Source: Nemertoderma westbladi (lineage: Eukaryota > Animalia > Xenacoelomorpha). From it: DNA of 64,000 nucleotides. The position numbers were made by a program, and so were the translations under genes. This document shows positions 22,506-42,723 of this stretch, piece after piece (the stretch's first letter is position 1; each line of letters opens with the position of its first letter). The stretch is from the NCBI GenBank assembly GCA_032718475.1, contig JAUCBJ010003600.1, positions 17,125 to 81,124 of the forward strand, given 5' to 3'. The notes beneath the pieces were generated by a model. It did not search any database. It was not told the DNA's origin and saw only the letters and a program-made list of their open reading frames with translations.

Positions 22506-22982
22506 GGCTGAGATACTGTAACTCCCTCTTGAAATGACTCCCCAATCGTCTCAGCCTAGGCTGAGAACACTCCCCACCACCAGTTATGACTCCCCTTAGG
22601 CTGAGATGACTCCCCTTAGGCTGATATGACTCCCCTTAGGCGGAGATGACTCCCCTTAGGCTGAGATGACTCCCCTTTGGCTGAGATGACTCCCCTTAGG
22701 CTGAGATGAAGCCCCTCAGGCTGAGATGACTCCCCTTAGGCTGATATGACTCCCCTAATTGAGTTATAATTCATATCCGTACCTGTGCTATTTCCGTATA
22801 TTGCAAAAATTAAACTGTTACCTATGTTAATGAGTTGTCGTTTATTGTTTTGGTTAGAAAAGCCCGCCACTGTAACCTGCTCCTTTCCGTTAATTAAGAA
22901 ATCTAGGAAGAAAACTGGGTAGTGTTCTCAGCCTAGGCTGAGAAGACTGGGGAGTCATATTTGGTGGGGAGTTATCTCAGCC
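22506..22982. mobile_element. MITE-like element with ~65-bp inverted repeats and an internal 20-bp tandem repeat
   Basis: GGCTGAGATA...TGACTCCCCA..TCTCAGCCTAGGCTGAGAACACT occurs at the left end and in reverse complement at the right end. (AGGCTGAGATGACTCCCCTT)n at 22590-22757. Confidence 0.75.
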
Positions 22983-24109
22983 AGTTACATCGGACGAACT
23001 TAAAATTTTTTTTACAAAGTTTAAGTTGACTCGATATGAAACTGTTTCGAAAATTTCTACAAATTTACTCCGATTTAAAGAGGGTTGGGAAAGAAGGTTA
23101 AACTCATGCAGGCAATATGTAAAATAGACTGTAATGCCTGAACTGACCATAATTACATTGGGAAACTTAAACGAAAACATGTAAAGCGCCACAATGAACA
23201 TTATTTATGGAGAGTGTTAGAGTTTTTACTGACAGTGTTGGTGGTGGGCTTAAAATTTGAATTTAAATAATGGTAATTGGTAAATAAAAAGTATCGATTT
23301 ACAGTTATATGCGGTCTTATATAATGGCTATAAACGTTGTGAAATAACACAACACTGTATCGACAATGGCCACTTATTCGACGAATATAACGTGTCAGTT
23401 CTAGACTCCCATATATAGATCCAACCGATTTGGCAACTCACAAAACTATTCAAATACGAACTAATTTATATACATATATTTTTATAATAATTTATTTTAC
23501 CAGGAATAAAACGACATTAAAAATTGTACTTTCTTTGATGAGTGACACTTATATACTTATATGAACTTACATTAATATTTTTCCACATTCACTGTTCTGT
23601 ACACTCGTAATTTTTGAAAAAGACACTTACTCTGCTATAAACAGTACAATAACACTTATTGTAACATGAGAAAACCTACCAAATCCAATGATACATTTCT
23701 CTGTTTGTGGGAAAGTATGTTTGTTTGTTGTGGTGGGAAATTTCAAAAAGGTCAGGGTATCATATTCTGTATCACTACCCGTCTAAATACTATAGAGAAA
23801 AGTTGTCTTTGCCTGACCCCGTAAGAGATCAGAAATATTGCCATAAAGTTGTAAATAGTAAATGTGGCTGTAAATAAAATAGTCATATTCCAAACAGTAT
23901 GAGTCAAAAATGAGCTCCCTACTGCACGATAATTTAACTCGCAGAAATAAGCTGTTTCCTTATTAAAAATTGTATTAGTTCAACTCAGAGCAGAGGACCC
24001 CATGTAACCGGAATTTTCAATTTTACATTTAAATTTTTACTTTAGCGTTTTATAAAAGTGTCTTTTACGAAATTGTTGCCTTCGTTTCGTTGTCATTTTT
24101 CTCATCAAT

Positions 24110-24515
24110 AGTGATTTATTTTTTATATTTGAAAGTTTGCATTGTGAGGATTCCAAATATGCATAAATGTCTAAATTTCGTTGATAAACAAATGAGATAT
24201 GGGCGTTCTAAGATTGCAAGAAGTATCTTTCATTATAATATACCAGTTATTTATGTATATGTGTAGCTATGGATACATAAATATAATAATATATAATAAA
24301 TAGGATAAATAAATACGATTTTTATCATAAAAATGATAAAAATAATAACACGTTCTAGAATGTTGTGTTTATATTAACTATAATAAATGACTTCCAGCGA
24401 ATGATAATTTATCACAATCTTTGAACGCCAGTATTATATCACAGCTGTTTCTCAACGAAACTCAAAATATATTTATATTTGGAATCCTTACAACTCAAGC
24501 TTTCTAAAAATATGC
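24110..24515. mobile_element. Degenerate non-autonomous DNA transposon (imperfect inverted repeats)
   Basis: GAAAGTTTGCATTGTGAGGATTCCAAATAT...TTTCGTTGATAAACA (24131-24190) pairs with TGTTTCTCAACGAAA...ATATTTGGAATCCTTACAACTCAAGCTTTC (24446-24504). Confidence 0.5.
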
Positions 24516-25356
24516 CATTGTGGCTAATAATATGAGGAATGGCCGTGATGCAATGAGGGCGATATCGCAAACGTTAAACGTATATAAATTCAAAATAGAA
24601 AATTATACGTAGCTCCATGTTAAATAAAGTATGATACAGATTGTATAAAAATAAGGTGGGGTGTGGGTTAGGGGTGTCCCTTCTTATCTAAAATGACACT
24701 TTATTACGGGCAAGGTGTTATATAATATAATACACCTTGTTGTATGCCTAAGTAATTGGACTGTGTGGCAGACCTAAAAATGAAAGTTTTTATTATACAT
24801 TACCGGTTGTATTCTCTTACAGTTACTTTACTGCATTGCAGTACCGGTACGCATATTGGTACCATTATAGTTTGTTTATTTAAGTAGAACTACCAGTTGG
24901 TTAAAACGCCATTGATACAAACCAATAACAAACACCCTAACATATAACTGAATACATAATATTATTAAGCTAATTGCTGGTTTATTAGTTTATTTTTATG
25001 TTACATTTACCGAAACCAAACCGCACCTAAAACTATCCGACTACAGGGACTATGTTGTAATGGTCTATATTCTGATATTAGACTAATTTAAATTTCGTTC
25101 CCATGGTACCCAATATTGGCAGGAGGCAGTGAAGGTAATGTTCAGTTAATCCGCATCATATCGGTAAGTAAATTATTAATTAAATAAAATAAAATTAAAT
25201 ACCGGTAATAGGCCCCTAATAATTAATGTAATTAATTCATTTAAGTGTTATAATGCTTATTACTTACTATGGTACGTGGTACGGTACTGAATTAGACCCT
25301 AGGCCTAATTAATTAATTTAACGTGTTTTAATAAAGGAGGTCTATTAATTAATTAC

Positions 25357-26232
25357 CTGTAATAATATGCCGGTCATCTTTACAGAAATCGACAGCACGG
25401 ATGCGGTTCCCCGTTCCTTCAATCCGGTTGATAACCTCCCCAGTTACAGAATTTAGAATATAAATCAACCCGGTGTTCCTCCCAACAGCAGCGATTCTGG
25501 ATCCGTTCGGACTCAATACGATCGTCAGGACCTCAGGAGTTGCTTCCTGTTTCCACAAGGTCTCCCCTGAACCAACAACGAAGCGATGGATCCCTCCTCC
25601 CTCATCTACCGACACCACTGACTCCCCATCCGGACCCCAACCCAGACTGTAGAACCTCCCACTGTACCCCCGGTATTGATACAACATCTCCCGGGTTCCG
25701 GTCAACCAAACTTTTACTGTTCTATCCTCCGAACAGCTGGCCAACCGGGACCCGTTCGAGTCGAACCGAATACAGTAAACCGACCCAGAATGCCCCACCC
25801 AGTTCGTAACCTCATAGTTCCCCCCAGTTACTGATATAATAGAAATCCCCCCGTTGGACCCACAAGTTACAATGACGTCCCGGTTGGAGGGATTTATATC
25901 TATTCCCAACCTCCATTCATGCTCCCCCCCACCAACCACTAACTTCCTCCCCGGTACCTCCACTACGACCCTCCAACCGGTCGCTTCCCGCTCCCAGACA
26001 GTCACCAACCCCCTCCAACCGGTTCCCGAGGCAACGCGGTTCCCGTCCGTAGAAACCGCGACTGTTTCGTAGTAATCGTTAGAACCTCCGGATCCCGGTA
26101 GATCTTCCTTTTTGTAGAGAGTTGTTGAATTTATGATACAGGGGAGGTTGTGAGACACAAAGACAACCTCCTCGGTACCCGGGATCATTTTGAGTTCCCG
26201 GATCGGCGCCATTGTTAGGGGGATTATTGAAT
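25357..26232 (-). CDS. WD40 beta-propeller exon (7 blades, the last one incomplete); predicted 5' coding exon of the ROCO gene
   Basis: GHSGSVYCIRFDSNGSRLASCSEDRTVKVW and other WD repeats. Acceptor TTTATTTTATCTTTTAG ends at 26233, ATG at 26212, donor CAG|GTAATT at 25357/25356 just before the apparent stop. Confidence 0.88.
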
Positions 26233-26908
26233 CTAAAAGATAAAATAAAGTAAATTGCCGCTAAATTGCTAAAGTACTAATAAGTATTACAGCGCTAGTA
26301 ATTGTTATTAGATAGTCAGCGTAGCCAGTAATTATTTACTAGCTGTTTTTATTTATTCGGTTTGTATAAACGATCAATATAATATTTAATTTATTTTTAA
26401 TGTTCCAGTAAAACAAAGTGTTCTAGAACCTTAATTGATAACGAACTTGTTCTAGGAGATTAAAAAGTAGCGACAACTAGTTAGTTTAAATAATTTAGGT
26501 TTTTTTTAAATAAAATGTTCTAGAACAAAATAAATATGTTCTAGAACATGAATATTGAACATCCAGTATTTGTGCTACATACCGTAGTTAGTATAAGGTT
26601 TGGTATTTAATAAATATACGGAAGGAAACCTTTTCAAACTAAAATTTATTTAGTTATTTTGCAAATAAGTTTTGCAAGTAATTTGACCAAAAATTCATTC
26701 AAAAACTTAAAAGTTATTGCAATTTTAGTGTCTGAAAGACGAACTCCATAACGGAACTCAATAACCACTATTGGTTTATGTAGTTAAGCGGCTCTCTAGT
26801 TACTTAATAAATATCCGAGAACACTAAATTATTTAACATTGAGTTAAGGCAGCCATCAGGAGTTGGGGAGTTCAATAACAAAAAAGTAACAATATAATTA
26901 CGTATTAC

Positions 26909-28437
26909 TACTACTATTACTACTAGGATCGGCATGCTGCATTGCAGCTGCATTTTTAAGAATGCTGTGCCGGCTTGTCAACAAAATTGCACCGCCACAA
27001 CTCCCTATCACCCATGACATTTGCTAGATCATCCGCATCTTCAAGGCCAGTGTCCTTTAAGATGCGTCTCAAGAAAGTCATGGGCTGTCCACTATGCTTA
27101 TTCACTCCATGAGGCTGCCAAAGTACAAGATTATGCACTGGCTGGTCCTCACGGCGAAAGCAATGTCCTGCAAAGCGGAGACGATTTTGTTCTAGTGTCA
27201 AGCTTGGGGGAACCAATGAGACACCTCCAATGTTATATAGTGTCTGGTTGGAGATGTGTGCATTGTACTTGGCACAATTAACCCGGCGTAGCATTCTTGT
27301 GAATGTGCCATCCAGAAATTTGGTGTCCTCAGCAGTTAGAGCCCAGCATGGACTCCCATAGAGGAGTACTGGAACTACTGCTGCTCTAAATAATCGGACC
27401 TTAAGTTTTCGATTAATTCTCGGTGACTTCCAAATCCTGGAAAGCCTATTCAAGGCTGCCCGTGCCTTTCCCTTACGTATTCAAAGGTCCTCACCTGACT
27501 TCCGGATCCATGATCCCAGGTAACAGAAGTCGTCCACATGCTCAAGCATACCATCCTTTGAGTTATGCTCATCCGATCAGAGACTTGCTGAGGACTTTCA
27601 AAGTTAACTGTCAGAATTTTGGTCTTTCTGGAGTTAATAAAAAGACCAACACTAGAAGCAGCATTTTCTAATGAGCTGAGGAGCCGTTGGGCTCCCTCTA
27701 ATGATTCTGAGAGTACTCATAAGTCATCAGCAAAGTCTAGATCAGTTAGGCACTTGGCAGGATTTCCTCGACTTCTGGAGCCAGTAGGTGGAGTTATCAT
27801 CACCCCATCATCATTATGATGATCTAAGGACATGCGTAGAACATAGTCAACCACAATAATGAACAAGAATGGTGCAAGTGTGTCTCCTTGGGGGACGCCC
27901 CATAACACTTCAAATGGTTCTGTGTCACCGTCAACAGTAGACACAAATGTTGTCGAACCATCGTATACTGATCTGATTGCTGCAATAATTTCATACGGAA
28001 TCCCATATAATGAAAGTATGCTGAACATACGTGAGCGAGAGACTGAATCAAATTCCTTGAAGAAGTCAACAAAGATAACAGCCAGATGCCTGTCTTTCTT
28101 TTTTGATAATTCTTCAATTATCCTTCTAAGTGCCAAAATGGGCTCCATGGTCCCACGACCTTTACGGAACCCATTCTGATTTCCACGGAGCAGTCTCTCA
28201 ATGGGATCCTTGATGCGATTTAATAGAATCTTATTGTATAGCTTTGCAGCAATCGAGATCAATGAGATTCCCCGAAAAGAACCATAGAGTGTTAGGTTGC
28301 CCTTCTTGGGAACTACTGGCACCAACTTATTTGTTTTCATTTCTTGTGGGACTCTTGTTGTGGGGCGAGCCACGAAGTTGGCGGAGCCTTAGCGAATTGA
28401 CACTGTTAGGGGGTGGGTCAATTTATGCAAATAGTTG

Positions 28438-28469
<32 letters not shown>

Positions 28470-29105
28470 GTCGTTGTCGTCGTCGTTACGATTTTGACAT
28501 GCTAATAACTTTGTCGGATTTAAAGCTGCCAAGTTGAAAATTTGTAGGTATCAATATGAGCAAAAGTTGAGATTTTTGAGAGACTTTCAGACACCATCAG
28601 TGCAATGGTCTCCCGCTAGAGGGCCACATGTCTAAACATTAAATGCCCTCCCATTTCTTTGCTTTTAATCCGTTTAAGCTGAAACTTGGCAGATATGTAT
28701 TAGACCATTAGCTGTGACTTTCAAAGGAGGCGAATCCATCTGCAGTTCTCCAGTCTGCCGCTAGAGGGCCAACGTGACAACGACAACTATTTGCATAAAT
28801 TGACCCACCCCCTAACAGTGTCAATTCGCTAAGGCTTCGCCAACTTCGTGCTGCGCGAAGTCCCCACTTCGTGTACGGTACATGTCTACTATGATGGGAT
28901 AGATGAGCTTTAAACACTCAGGTATTTTAAAGACCTCAGGGGGAACACCATCTACTCCACTGGCACGATTGGTCTTAATGCTCTTTGCAGCAGCCTTCAC
29001 TTCTGCAAAGGAGATATCGCCGATGGGAATATCTGGGAGTACAGACTCAGACACTTTTACTTCTATAAAGTTATCAGGCAATACCCTGTCATTATTGAGG
29101 AGCGT
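26909..29105 (-). mobile_element. 5'-truncated RTE-clade LINE (RT + C-terminus), frameshifted, with 12-bp TSD
   Basis: RT motifs KASGVDG-like RASGVDGVP, PKKGNL, FRGISL, QNGFRKGR, FVDFFKEFDSV, GVPQGDTLAPFLF, FADDL; C-terminal LLYGSPCW and RLRFAGH. (TAG/TAA)n tail at 26909-26925. TSD ATTACGTATTAC at 26897-26908 and 29106-29117. Confidence 0.92.
28357..28869. mobile_element. ~510-bp MITE/HINE-like element nested in the LINE RT
   Basis: ~80-bp inverted repeats (GTGGGG..CACGAAGTTGGCG.AGCCTTAGCGAATTGACACTGTTAGGGGGTGGGTCAATTTATGCAAATAGTTGTCG), an internal (GTC)n tract and insertion at TT. Removing it restores MYRTR|RVPQE. Confidence 0.88.
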
Positions 29106-29108
29106 ATT

Positions 29109-29240
29109 ACGTATTACATGGGAAAAAAGTGGAACATTTCTTTTCAATATTCTCTCGACCCTTTATTAACCTCGCTGACGCGGTAAATAAAATGCCTCGA
29201 GAATAGTGAAAAAAAGTTCTACTTTTTCTCCCATGTAATA
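29109..29240. repeat. Imperfect ~130-bp palindrome
   Basis: TATTACATGGGAAAAAAGTGGAAC...TATTCTCTCGA pairs with TCGAGAATA...GTTCTACTTTTTCTCCCATGTAATA. Confidence 0.75.
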
Positions 29241-31383
29241 AATAATTATTATTTGTTGTATATAAGTCACTTTTTTAGTCAAAGTCGTTTGTCAAGTTTG
29301 ACATAAAAATAGCACTTTTTCTGCCAACACAAAAAGTAATGTTTCCATGACATTAATTATAATATTGCATTTAAATAGATTAAATAGATAATTTCTATAA
29401 TAATAGCTAGTTTTTGCTTATTTTATTATAAATGTTCTAGAACAAGTGTTGGTTATCAATTTTGATAAATATTTTTGTTCTTGAACACATTTTTTTTCTA
29501 GAACATTTTTAGGAAAAAAAATACCATACTACTGTCAGAAGGTCAAATATTTGTTCTAGAATAAAAACCTCATGATAAAAGCCTATTTATATGAAAAAAA
29601 TTGGTTAAACTACGGGTACCCAAGGTGTTATAGTAATGGCCGTATTTAACTAACAAACCATCAGGGCATGAATGAATAAAGCAAAATAAAACCCAATGAA
29701 CCCTCACAAAGAAGCTCACAAACTAGGGCGCTAATCCTGTAGTAACAATCAGGACGCACCTCCCGAACCTCCCTTATTTGGCTTAGCCTAATCACACCGC
29801 ACAATTTTTAGCTAGGCGCCTACACTTCACCACTTACCCCTGCTGCCCTGTTATCAGTCACAATTGACCTCATAACTTGACACCTGGTAGTAAATGCAAA
29901 GGGTAACAAAGTCAACTGTGCCCCTTTTTTGGGCCCCAATGTAAACACCAAGCAACTAAATAAAGGTAATGCGGTTAATCTCCCCTATTTTAAAACAAAT
30001 ACAACGCTTACTGCAGTGGCTGGCCTGGTACAATAGTTCAACTTCCCTGATTTTTGTTAGCTAACGCATCTCAGACTTTCCCCCTTTCACATTCCATAGG
30101 CCTGCGTCGGGCCTAGATGATCCCTACTCCATATCACAGGGATTCACCGCCTTCAAGGTTGCAAGGTACGACAGCACGGTCTGACGGTAGGCTCTGCACG
30201 GCACTGACCGCGGACTAGGTTTTAAAAGTCTGTATTATTGATCAGCACATTGCAGAATATTAATATGTTTAGAGTTAAATTAAATTTAAATTGTATAAGC
30301 AGTCAGGCAGCACCGGACCGGTACATATTCCAGTACAGCAGTACACAAGTACAGCAGCACGGTACAGAATTCAGAATTTTAGAGTTAAAGAGTACAACTG
30401 TACAAGTATTGTGACTTATGCACATAGAATGAATCATATGCCCGCCTGGCCTAATGCAAGACTGGCGTCCAATAGAAATGTTGCAAATGGCACCTTTTTA
30501 AATATATTTTTTGGTGGGTTGTTTAAATAATACTTTCCTAATGTTATTTGTAGGTATCGTTGCACACAGTTTAGGTATATTATACAGTAGATTTTAGATT
30601 TCTTACGACAATATGACTGACCATAATATATTATAAAATATCAAAATTTTCTTGGTGCGTACCTAAAGATAACTAAGCTAATCTAATGCCTTTCGATAAG
30701 AATATTACAATGGCGTGTACTCTCGCCAACACTCGTGGTATATTTACTTTTTCAAGAGATACTTAAATAAGCCCAATCCAACGTCATGTTCCTGTGTTTT
30801 CACTCAACATATCCATTCAAGATGGCGTCCATTCATTGGCAATATCCAATCTACTTATGCTAATGAGTTCTTTACTATAGTCACTGCGTACAGGCGCATT
30901 GCATTGTTACCTTGCTAGCCATAGCCATCCATTATTATTACATTGACACAACGTTCTTTAATACAACCCCACAGAGTTCATAGAGAGTTCACAGACAGTT
31001 GTTCGCGCATACCATCTCAATCAGGCCTACGCGACCGTAGCCTACTTGTTTCAGTTTACATTCAGTGGGCTTTATTTATACAAAGGCAACGGCCAGTGTC
31101 ATTTCATTCAATAACAATACTTCTGTGTTACTTACCGTAGGTAGTTGTTACGTCGGATTACAATAATTAATTATCCGTTCGCAATCAAATATTATATTAA
31201 AGTGTTTCGGGACGACGCCATCCTTTGTTATTGCAAGGACTATTAATTCATTCAAAGCAAAGGTAATTTATTTATTATAATCCCGTATATAATTATTACG
31301 TAGCTAGACTTACTATAAGAAGGCTGAACTTATTAATTAACTTATTATTTAAATTCATTTACTCAGGTTTACTCAATTATTTT

Positions 31384-31530
31384 GGCGCTAATCTTCTGGT
31401 AGACTCGACCGGCCAGAAGCTGAAACTGTCTGACTTTGGTAGTACGGCAGCCCGTCTGCAGTCGCAACAAACGTTCGGTGGGGAATTCCAGGGTCAACTA
31501 TTGGGCACCATCGCATTTATGGCTCCAGAA
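31384..31530 (+). pseudogene. MAP3K1: Isolated MAP3K1/MEKK1-like kinase exon (subdomains VIb-VIII), copy 1
   Basis: [49 protein letters not shown]|gtaagt closely matches the MEKK1 segment [24 protein letters not shown]...[17 protein letters not shown]. The expected acceptor reads TTTTG rather than TTTAG. Confidence 0.85.
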
Positions 31531-32732
31531 GTAAGTTGTAGGGAATTCAGTAGTCACTCAGTCAATTCAGTAGAACCCTCACTGACAACTAAACTAAAAA
31601 TTAAAAAGTATGTAAGACAATCACCAAACTTATTTCATAAGAAAAATTACAAATCGAAATGATATATTGGCTTTCTATCCACATAACCTGTTAGTAAATG
31701 GGCCGTACGGCGCTATGTAATCACAACGCCATCTGATTACGATGCCATTTTATATGAAATCGCTTTAAACAGTAACTTCCATTGAGTTTCAATACGATCT
31801 ATTAACATATTTATAATGCTGAAATGTGTAGCTTTTAAATAAGCTAAAAATCGTTAAATTCCGTTAATTAGAACGCGACTTACACTTGTTTTTATAAAGA
31901 ACAATATTTATTTATCCATTAATTTCACTTTTTTTACGAAATTAATTAATTCTTGACTTCACCCCCCCCCCCCCCCCCCCCCCATCCCAGTTGTTGCTGA
32001 CCAATAAGAACTCAAGGATTGTTATATTGCCGTAGCCCCTCCGCTATAGACGATACAGAGAGTTAAACTTATGAAATCATAATAAACAACATTCATTGTG
32101 TTGGAGAGATTCATTTACGGTCTGGATCAATTCAATTACAAGTCGCTTATAAGAAAGTTTGATGTTCTGGATATGACGACGGCCGTTTAATAAAACTGTT
32201 GTAGAGGTTCCGATAATATTTCTAGCTCTTAGTTTTGGGAAGATATTTATAAATTATATTGTGTAAATTATACGCAATATAAATATGTTTTAAAACTATA
32301 AGTTAAGATACTATTACTATTCGTTTGTACTAATTAATTGATCTATCTGAATTATTGTTAATATTTTTTTTAGGACAGACTACATTGAACGCCGCATGAT
32401 GATGAACAACGCCGCTAATACTCCACACACTGCCTAGGGATGGGTTTCTACCATGTTGAAAAATCAATGTGTATTGGTCACTCGCGATTGATAATTTATA
32501 TTAATTAGAACTAATTAATTAATTATGGACACAATAATGGTGATTTAACTGTTTTTAACTGAACTGATATTAAGTTATATAACTGTGTGTTTCAAATATT
32601 TGGTTTATATCAGTTGTTGACATTACAAATAATTATTGATTCTTATCCAAGTTACATAACTGTATTTTTTCGAATTTATCTCAAAGACGTTTTGTTTGAA
32701 CCCCAATATCTTCATAAGAACAAAATATATTT

Positions 32733-33348
32733 AAAAACGGTTACTGTATTTGGAATCTGCTGTTAATTTAACACTAAAAGAAGTATCACAAGTTAACTTT
32801 TCTCTAAATGTTACAGAAACGGACAGGGAATAGTTATGTCTGCCTTTTCAAGAAAAAATACCTAAAATATCATAAAATATCAAAAAACGTTGTGTTTGAA
32901 CCCAAATATCGCGAGAACTACCAATAATATGTAAAAACGGTTACTGTATTTGGAATCTGCTGTTAATTTAACACTAAAAGAAGTATCACAAGTGAACTTT
33001 TCTCTAAATGTTACAGAAACGGACTGGGAATAGTTATGTCTGCTTTTTCAATAAAAAATACCTAAAATATCATAAAATATCAAAAAACGTTGTGTTTGAA
33101 CCCAAATATCGCGAGAACTACCAATCATATGTTAAAACGGTTACTGTATTTGGAATCTGCTGTTAATTTAACACTAAAAGAAGTATCACAAGTGAACTTT
33201 TCTCTAAATGTTACAGAAACGGACTGGGAATAGTTATGTCTGCTTTTTCAATAAAAAATACCTAAAATATCATAAAATATCAAAAAACGTTGTGTTTGAA
33301 CCAAAATATCGCGAGAACTACAAATCATATGTAAAAACGGTTACTGTT
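32733..33348. repeat. 200-bp satellite, 3 copies (also 43928-44543)
   Basis: TGGAATCTGC recurs at 32751, 32951 and 33151. Confidence 0.95.
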
Positions 33349-33355
33349 TTTAGTT

Positions 33356-41130
<7,775 letters not shown>

Positions 41131-42576
41131 GTATCATTTCACAAGCATTTACATAATGATACATACCATGGCATTTAGCCGCAATGCATAGGCCTATAAC
41201 AAATACTTACCATACATACCCCTGCTGCCCCCTTTGATCCATTGTATCAACTATGTTATTATAACTATAATTTCAAATAAGGTTATTCTTCATCGTTTTA
41301 ATTAGTACTTAATATGAATAGAAAGATAAAATTACGCTAATTCTAATGAACTTAAAATCAGCCAATTTCATCCACGTCAACCAAAGTTACAGGCCGCCAA
41401 AGTTTTCATTATTTTCAGAGTACACTAGTGGTTTCTAAGCCACGCTCAGTCATTACCTCTATGCCACGAAGATCTCTGATTCGTTCAAACGCTATCATTA
41501 TTTCAATGGTGGGGAGAAAGTTAGTATTTAAAATTCAAATTAAACATAGAAAACATGATTCTCATGAGTAGCTAAAAAAAAAAATTTTAAGCAAAATTCA
41601 ATCTAGTTCCCGAATCTGTCACTTTCCCGCCATCAAACCCTCAACTTTTCCAAATAATGTACAGGGGAAAATTCTGTCAAAAAGAAAAACCATTATTCCC
41701 CTTCACTTAATGTAAAATCTATAATGGTTGAAGCTATTTTCCCTTTGTCTCCACAGAAACAGCGAATCAGAAGCTTTGTTTACATCCCACCAACTCATCT
41801 TGCTAAACCCGGCTTTTTCCAAAAAAATATCGCGTTTTAAGCTAGTTTTTATGCAAAAACTCCTATTATACTATCCAAAATTATATTCAAAATATATACA
41901 TCATATGGAATGCGACATGGCGAGTCTCGTGGTATATTTACTTTTTCAAGAGATACTTAAATAAGCCCAATCTAACGTCAAGTTCCTGTGTTTTCACTCA
42001 ACATATCCATTCAAGATGGCGTCCGTTCAAGGCAATATCCAATCTACTTATGCTAATGAGTTCTTTACTATAGTCACTGCGTACAGGCGCATTGCATTGT
42101 TACCTTGCTAGCCATAGCCATCCATTATTATTACATTGACACAACGTTCTTTAATACAACCCCACAGAGTTCATAGAGAGTTCACAGACAGTTGTTCGCG
42201 CATACCATCTCAATCAGGCCTACGCGACCGTAGCCTACTTGTTTCAGTTTACATTCAGTGGGCTTTATTTATACAAAGGCAACGGCCAGTGTCATTTCAT
42301 TCAATAACAATACTTCTGTGTTACTTACCGTAGGTAGTTGTTACGTCGGATTACAATAATTAATTATCCGTTCGCAATCAAATATTATATTAAAGTGTTT
42401 CGGGACGACGCCATCCTTTGTTATTGCAAGGACTATTAATTCATTCAAAGCAAAGGTAATTTATTTATTATAATCCCGTATATAATTATTACGTAGCTAG
42501 ACTTACTATAAGAAGGCTGAACTTATTAATTAACTTATTATTTAAATTCATTTACTCAGGTTTACTCAATTATTTT

Positions 42577-42723
42577 GGCGCTAATCTTCTGGTAGACTCG
42601 ACCGGCCAGAAGCTGAAACTGTCTGACTTTGGTAGTACGGCAGCCCGTCTGCAGTCGCAACAAACGTTCGGTGGGGAATTCCAGGGTCAACTATTGGGCA
42701 CCATCGCATTTATGGCTCCAGAA
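42577..42723 (+). pseudogene. MAP3K1: MAP3K1-like kinase exon, copy 2
   Basis: Same sequence as 31384-31530. Confidence 0.85.

Noticed and set aside
29620-30230. GC-richer stretch between the LINE and the macrosatellite
   Set aside because: No convincing ORF, RNA gene or termini recognised; probably decayed TE, left unannotated.
41200-41260. ATACTTACC as a U1 snRNA 5' end; minus-strand GSKGAAG as a collagen-like micro-exon
   Set aside because: No further U1 similarity (it is simply a reverse-complement splice donor); the Gly-X-Y run is too short to support a call.
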